IMG/VR virus record: IMGVR_UViG_3300017747_000976
Coordinates: 1-28,915 of that record
DNA from: a virus
Taxonomy: Duplodnaviria; Caudoviricetes
Direction: 5' to 3' (one strand)
DNA: 28,915 nt
Part shown: positions 24,901-28,915 of the stretch, piece by piece
Layout: each line of letters begins with the position of its first letter
Numbering within the stretch: position 1 is the stretch's first letter
The notes under the pieces: generated by a model
Seen by the model: only the letters and a program-made list of their open reading frames with translations
Told to the model about the DNA's origin: nothing
Databases searched by the model: none
Position numbers and translations under genes: made by a program

Positions 24901-25618
24901 TTTCTGGATTATTCTCTAATTCCTGAAGAAGTTGTTCTCCTTCTGGAATACTATTTAGTTTTTCTAACGCATACTCTTGCTGATCTGTCAATGCTGTTTC
25001 AGTCAAAGCAGCGGCACCGATGCCTCCAGCTACATTTCCATACGTTAAGTTTCTAAATCCCGGAAGAGTTTTAGAAAGGGGAGCGGCTAAACGAGTACCG
25101 CCTAAAAGAGCCTTAGAACCATATTGTATGACTTTTAGTACAGGACCGAAACCAACAAAGAAGGACGCAACCTTTCCCCCAATATCCTCCGCCTCCCCTA
25201 AAAGACCATCGCCATGATAAGGGTCTAAAAATCTTTCAGCTTCATCTAAAACAGCATTAGTCGGCTCTTCTCCGAAAACTGTAGACGCTACATTTTTAAT
25301 ATTTTCTTTTAGGTCAACACCTGTAAATGTTTTAGTAAGGTCTTGTACAGCACCTAAAACCTCGCCAGCAGTTCTTCCTCCAAATCTCTGTGCTGCTCCA
25401 AAAGCTCCTATATCGGACAAGGGCCTAAAATCAGTAACTCCGGCCTTGCGTTCGTCGTCATATTGTTTATAGGCAGAGAAAAACTCTGTGGGATCAATAC
25501 CCTGCTGACGCAAGAAGTTATCCTGAAGTGTTTCGTCTTGACGAACTTCAGGAAACTCCTTGACTAAATTTTCAAAGCTTTCTCTAGCTTTTTGAAAAGT
25601 ACTTGTTCTAATATCCAT
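21938..25618 (-). CDS. large internal virion / DNA ejection-type protein (1226 aa)
   Basis: Long ORF, apparently helical, in the late arm just before the lysis genes. No catalytic motif recognised, so function is by position. Confidence 0.6.
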   Translation of the reverse strand: MDIRTSTFQKARESFENLVKEFPEVRQDETLQDNFLRQQGIDPTEFFSAYKQYDDERKAGVTDFRPLSDIGAFGAAQRFGGRTAGEVLGAVQDLTKTFTGVDLKENIKNVASTVFGEEPTNAVLDEAERFLDPYHGDGLLGEAEDIGGKVASFFVGFGPVLKVIQYGSKALLGGTRLAAPLSKTLPGFRNLTYGNVAGGIGAAALTETALTDQQEYALEKLNSIPEGEQLLQELENNPENPQLQMYADELLKNLGYETAFAGGFAGLLGAKKLFDRTKVGQTVSKLGSKYFSSRRGLDDGALNIVLKRDNEARAALEEANGYADDLKKIVEKEVKARNTPLAALPTDQREELLNLALAGDSAAIGSLSPEMRSIVQEMVDNKRRFSDHLGNNVFKGALSYKFLNNDVVLTRSYKIYDDLDYSSKVKEAFEDYRMGKNLSDPEMQQNLDNVANVLRAKFPNATSDEILDKLSELAFVNNKEKDAFFDILTGKVGGGAFAGTAKSAMKRQNIDPAIRALWGEVKDPFVNYTKTYVKLAEMKAEHDFMSDIANHFVGTNQVIRQSAAQGRGDLRSLALEHAKGIFSPQAAEKYIQNPIARSIYIDPNYYDALKDFNNYDNLPSFLNVFAAAKGASQLAKTAYNPGTHGNNIIGNMALLAANGMNPFFGKGFSPAFQAVFSKLKGMSNKDLGMYLGELERAGVVSSSVQTNTMRRNLQSVSDISKFTNTLTNNKITKLYEGEDSLFKIVHYERTKDYLRSAFPNLTQKEIADMAAQRTRDLMPNYFMLSKAIQALRAAPIGSFVGFAAEMVRISKNLVKYSLDDLASGNQVLRAAALKRLAGTTFVGGLLPDILESVSAQIYGITDEQLEAIKAVDKPYFKGTNQIFLSPIKENKERGTKEVERVMLGAVNPFESIRLAAKALHSTIGNLSGKTPDTEKITQQAALSMLDRVVSPYVGTSMLTEGLIAMSSGDPEQLKIYPESTALGATIKGIARAFDIDPDAPLVQGAATLGAVFDPGFASLLTKRYQFEEAKAKQLGVPLSEAVFMERTGREISDYDSALNPNLFLDIAGVKKNTLDLTSNTRSILQPILKDIDTSGDKFKEAITRRNLLPEDFPEVDKILKRDFKKDVDKKLLLKEYTEMFKRLGLTEEDIARGFSRQGRYPLDKLNRKQIDEIRAAYNDMYSPFELSEDTINMVRTLNPQYDFKNYIDLYSDLKKTPLTKIKDRGE

Positions 25619-28328
25619 TTTTAAACTGTAAAGGTGATTTAAGAGCTTCTTCTAACTTTCTTATGCCGACTACATCCTTTGTGTAATTATCATACAGTTT
25701 TTCTAGTAACCTTGCTTCTTCAGTTTTATAGTCTCCTATATCCGTCATAATACTTGGATTGGTCTTTTGAATATAATCTCTAATTCTTATTTTAAGCTGA
25801 CGGGGCAGAGCAACTGGTAAATCAAAGCCAGACGGTACTTTAAATTTATTGGCAAGTTCTTTTGTTATCTCTGCTACGGGTATACCAAATTCAGTTTCTC
25901 TTGAAGTTCCGCGCGGTGTTGCATAGTAGTCTGCTTTTGCTAAATTTTCTGCGCGAGCCGCTTGGGCTGTAGCTTGGGATTCTTGAGCTTTTGTAACTCC
26001 AGAACCAAGAGTATATTCAGTTGCCAGAGCTTTGCCAACAGCATTGATCTGTTTTTCTTTATTAAGCAGTGCTTCCTTAGCGGCCTCAAATTTACGTTTA
26101 GCTTCGTCATTGCTAATGTCAAATTTCTTAGCAATTAAGCTTAGTTTTTTATCTGAGATTGAAGACAGTTCTTTTCTTTGGTCTTTAATAAGTCTTTGCT
26201 GTTCATCTACAAGTTTCGAGAAATCTTCGGTAGAGTTACCGAGAGCCCTAGACAAATCAACCATAAATCCACCAGTTTCCTTTGGAGAGGCAAAAGAAAA
26301 GGCAGTCTTGGCTAGAGTCAGCCAAGTCTTTTTATCAATAGCCTCTTTTCCAGATTCAAATTCTTTTTTGACCTGTTCTTCTTCTTCCTGAATTTTACGT
26401 CCTCTTTCTGAGAACATGCTCATAAGTTCATTGTAGCCTTCTTGGTCTGTTCCATATTTATCGGCAGCCTCTTGTTGCTGTTTGTAGACTTCCCGCAAAC
26501 CAGCTTCTCTATCTTTTTCTGTTTTAATAAGTTGTTCTCTAGCTGCGGTACCCTCCTCAGATGTTTCATAAAGAGCGGGGCCAAAAATTATCTTTCTTTG
26601 CTCTTCCCTACTAAGAATAGGCGGTTCTGCCAACACTACTGGTACTACTGATCCTTCTGCTCCTCCTCCTCCTCCTGCCGGTGGTCCTCCTGCCGGTGGT
26701 CCTCCTGCCGGTGGTCCTCCTGCTCCTCCTCCTCCTGCTTGAGGTCCTTCTGCTTGAGGTTCTTTTGCTCCTTCTAGTGCAGCAGCCCTACCACTATCAG
26801 CGTTTCCTGCTCCTACTCCTGCTGTTGATGTAGGGGTTCTTACAAAATACCTATTAGCTACATTAATCGCAGGACCAAAAACAGGTACTGTTCCTCTAAC
26901 CAGTTCTTGAGTTAAGCGGGGTGTATCTACTTGAGGAGTTGGTACCGCAGGACCTTGTGGTTGAAAATCGGTTGCTGTTGTTTGATCAGGCTGTCTTGGG
27001 GAAAGAGGAATATAAGCGGTACGTTGAATATCTCCTTTTGTTATTTGTCTGACTTGACCAGAAGGAAGAGTAATATAAGCATACCCTAGCCTGTCAATAT
27101 CTTTTAAGGCTGCGGTTTTTTTATCCTCAGGAAGTCCTAATTGATCCAGAATAGAACCACCTTTTTGCATTTTAACGGTTTTTCCGCCATGCTTACGTCT
27201 TACAATAATAGAAGCAAGACCTTTACCGTCACCAACTTTACCGCCCTCATTAAATAGACCAAAGGATTTACCCAAAGCCGCAGTACCTACACCAAGACCA
27301 GTAATCTGCTGGAGAGTAGAAGGTGCTGGAGTATATTTTGTTACTGTTGTATTCGGGTCCATAGCATAACCGCGAATGATCGAAGAGTACTGCTGTAGGG
27401 TTTGTTCTGGGAAGGCTTTCTCAGCCTCGAACTGCTGACGAGCAATATCAAGTGCAGCCTGAGATTGTGCCTGACGCATACCACCAGCTTGCTGCAAGGC
27501 CCCTAGCTCTTGTAGCCCTGTAGAAACGGCAGTAGGAGCCATCTGAGCAAACTGCGCTCCGCCTGCTAGCTGACGCTGGCGCTGTTCTGCAAGCCTACGT
27601 TGGGCATCTTCATAGGCACCGGCAAGACCGCGAGCCTGAATATCACCCAACTGTGTCTGTAGATTACGGGCAGCTTCTGCTTCTAGAATAGCCTGACGAG
27701 AACCGCCAAAAGCTCCTCTTTGAACAGCTTCCGAAGCTAGTTGTTGTCCTGATACATCAGCTTGACGGCGAGCCTCACGTTGCTGAATGTCTACAACCTG
27801 CTGCATGTAGGGAGACATATACTGAGAAACTTCTTCGCCTGTGGGGGTCATAGCTGAAGCGGCAGTAAGACGAGCGGCAGGGTCTAGATACTGCTGGCTA
27901 GTGCCGACAAGCCCAGAAATACCCTGCATAGCTCTTTGTTGCTCTGGAGTAAATTCTGCAAGCTGCTGTCCTTGATAAGGACGATATCCTTCTTCTGTGC
28001 GCTTCTCCTGAATAGCTTGAGATTTAGCAAGAATATCTGTAATATAAGGTTTTAATTCAGCAGGAATTTCCATTGTTTGAGATGTCGAAGAAGGGGCTGG
28101 CGCAGGAGAGCCCCCTCCCTTACCATACTGACGCAGACCTGTAATCTCGTTGACAGTTCCAGAACCGCCAAGAGCTTTAAGAATAGCAGCTTCTTGAACA
28201 TTAATATGAGCAAGCTCAGTATCTCCATCTGTGCCATGACCGGATAGATCGTGGTAGAGACAGTTGAGTAGCTCAATCTTATCCCTTACGGATAGTTCCG
28301 AAATTTCTGTCTTGAGGTCTTCAATCAT
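25608..28328 (-). CDS. internal virion / pilot-type protein (906 aa)
   Basis: GDTELAHIN..EA..LKALGGSGT.N..TGL N-domain, Q/A-rich region with YMSPY and GAFGGSR, G/P linker, coiled coil. Confidence 0.65.
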   Translation of the reverse strand: MIEDLKTEISELSVRDKIELLNCLYHDLSGHGTDGDTELAHINVQEAAILKALGGSGTVNEITGLRQYGKGGGSPAPAPSSTSQTMEIPAELKPYITDILAKSQAIQEKRTEEGYRPYQGQQLAEFTPEQQRAMQGISGLVGTSQQYLDPAARLTAASAMTPTGEEVSQYMSPYMQQVVDIQQREARRQADVSGQQLASEAVQRGAFGGSRQAILEAEAARNLQTQLGDIQARGLAGAYEDAQRRLAEQRQRQLAGGAQFAQMAPTAVSTGLQELGALQQAGGMRQAQSQAALDIARQQFEAEKAFPEQTLQQYSSIIRGYAMDPNTTVTKYTPAPSTLQQITGLGVGTAALGKSFGLFNEGGKVGDGKGLASIIVRRKHGGKTVKMQKGGSILDQLGLPEDKKTAALKDIDRLGYAYITLPSGQVRQITKGDIQRTAYIPLSPRQPDQTTATDFQPQGPAVPTPQVDTPRLTQELVRGTVPVFGPAINVANRYFVRTPTSTAGVGAGNADSGRAAALEGAKEPQAEGPQAGGGGAGGPPAGGPPAGGPPAGGGGGAEGSVVPVVLAEPPILSREEQRKIIFGPALYETSEEGTAAREQLIKTEKDREAGLREVYKQQQEAADKYGTDQEGYNELMSMFSERGRKIQEEEEQVKKEFESGKEAIDKKTWLTLAKTAFSFASPKETGGFMVDLSRALGNSTEDFSKLVDEQQRLIKDQRKELSSISDKKLSLIAKKFDISNDEAKRKFEAAKEALLNKEKQINAVGKALATEYTLGSGVTKAQESQATAQAARAENLAKADYYATPRGTSRETEFGIPVAEITKELANKFKVPSGFDLPVALPRQLKIRIRDYIQKTNPSIMTDIGDYKTEEARLLEKLYDNYTKDVVGIRKLEEALKSPLQFKNGY
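26660..26760 (-). repeat. 15-bp tandem repeat x3 (CCTCCTGCCGGTGGT on +, 26671-26715) flanked by (CCT)n runs; encodes an AGGPP/poly-Gly linker
   Basis: Directly visible. Confidence 0.9.
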
Positions 28329-28332
28329 CTTT

Positions 28333-28755
28333 TTAAAGTTCCTTAACTAAAACGGTTACGTATTTCCTGTAACCCAGCTTGTTTAAGATTTTAGTCCAGC
28401 CTTCACGACCGGCACATTCAATATATTTAATTCTATTTTCTTTACAGAACTTCTCTAGAGGTTCTGACCAAGAATCGAGCCAGTTTTCTAAAGTGTGTGG
28501 CTCTGCACCAGTCAAATGGATTTGTAGATGTTTTTGATTTGGGTAAACGACGATCTGGGTTGTAAAGGCCAGTTCGATCCTTTTTTCCTTTTCGTTAAGA
28601 CCTAACCAAAGCTGTTGCTGGTCACATCTTAAGTACTGTTTAACATCTTCCATTAGGACTTCGCCAACATTAGTTTCAATGGCTTTTTGCAGAAGATGTT
28701 GAATATGCGGAAATACTGCGTCTATATACTGTCGTTCTACTCTATATACGATCAT
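28333..28755 (-). CDS. hypothetical late protein, possible GNAT-like fold
   Basis: QLW, TQIVVYP..K.L, G......W, C......IE..GR.GW.K.L...GY pattern typical of genes preceding pilot proteins. Confidence 0.6.
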   Translation of the reverse strand: MIVYRVERQYIDAVFPHIQHLLQKAIETNVGEVLMEDVKQYLRCDQQQLWLGLNEKEKRIELAFTTQIVVYPNQKHLQIHLTGAEPHTLENWLDSWSEPLEKFCKENRIKYIECAGREGWTKILNKLGYRKYVTVLVKEL

Positions 28756-28759
28756 ACAT

Positions 28760-28915
28760 TTATGCGACGAGGCTAGCTAATCCCCCGTCACCCTTTGTTT
28801 CTTTTTGTTGTTTTTCTGTGCCAAAGGCTTTTTTACGAGATTGTTTTACGAACATATCAATCTTATTAGCACCTGCTTCTGAAGAGCCATTACCAATAAT
28901 TGCTACAACATCTGC
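28760..28915 (-). CDS. C-terminal part of a virion protein (5'-truncated by window edge)
   Basis: Manual translation ...ADVVAIIGNGSSEAGANKIDMFVKQSRKKAFGTEKQQKETKGDGGLASLVA*. Not in the ORF track. Confidence 0.7.
   Translation of the reverse strand, partial: ADVVAIIGNGSSEAGANKIDMFVKQSRKKAFGTEKQQKETKGDGGLASLVA

Noticed and set aside
20973-26651. Plus-strand ORFs within the late arm, and other short ORFs nested in long genes
   Set aside because: They are antisense or out-of-frame shadows of long motif-bearing CDSs, with no recognisable features.

Overview
The window is part of a double-stranded DNA bacteriophage genome, podovirus-like with a T7-type replication module and no RNA polymerase gene in view. 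It has two convergent arms. The plus arm (1-20.8 kb) opens with at least five translationally coupled mini-genes built from a 4-residue (D/G/E)-Q-V-(W/R) repeat, i.e. a 12-bp DNA unit. This array is interrupted at a gene junction by a two-gene cassette: a DUF6745-like protein and a His-rich partner, with a candidate promoter and a long hairpin. The arm continues with a SleB-like wall hydrolase, two Zn-dependent deaminases, a SpeD-like decarboxylase, an HNH protein, a DenV-like protein, ThyX, primase-helicase, family A DNA polymerase, SSB, nucleases, class II ribonucleotide reductase, tRNA-Gly(TCC), a two-gene glycosylation module (GT8-like enzyme plus a GT/methyltransferase/Maf-like fusion) and a terminase small subunit. 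The minus arm (20.8-28.9 kb) holds lysis genes (holin, M15A endolysin) and large internal virion/ejection-type proteins. The best candidates for undescribed biology are the split QVWD-repeat/DUF6745 system and the glycosylation module. All family assignments come from motif recognition by eye, not from database searches.
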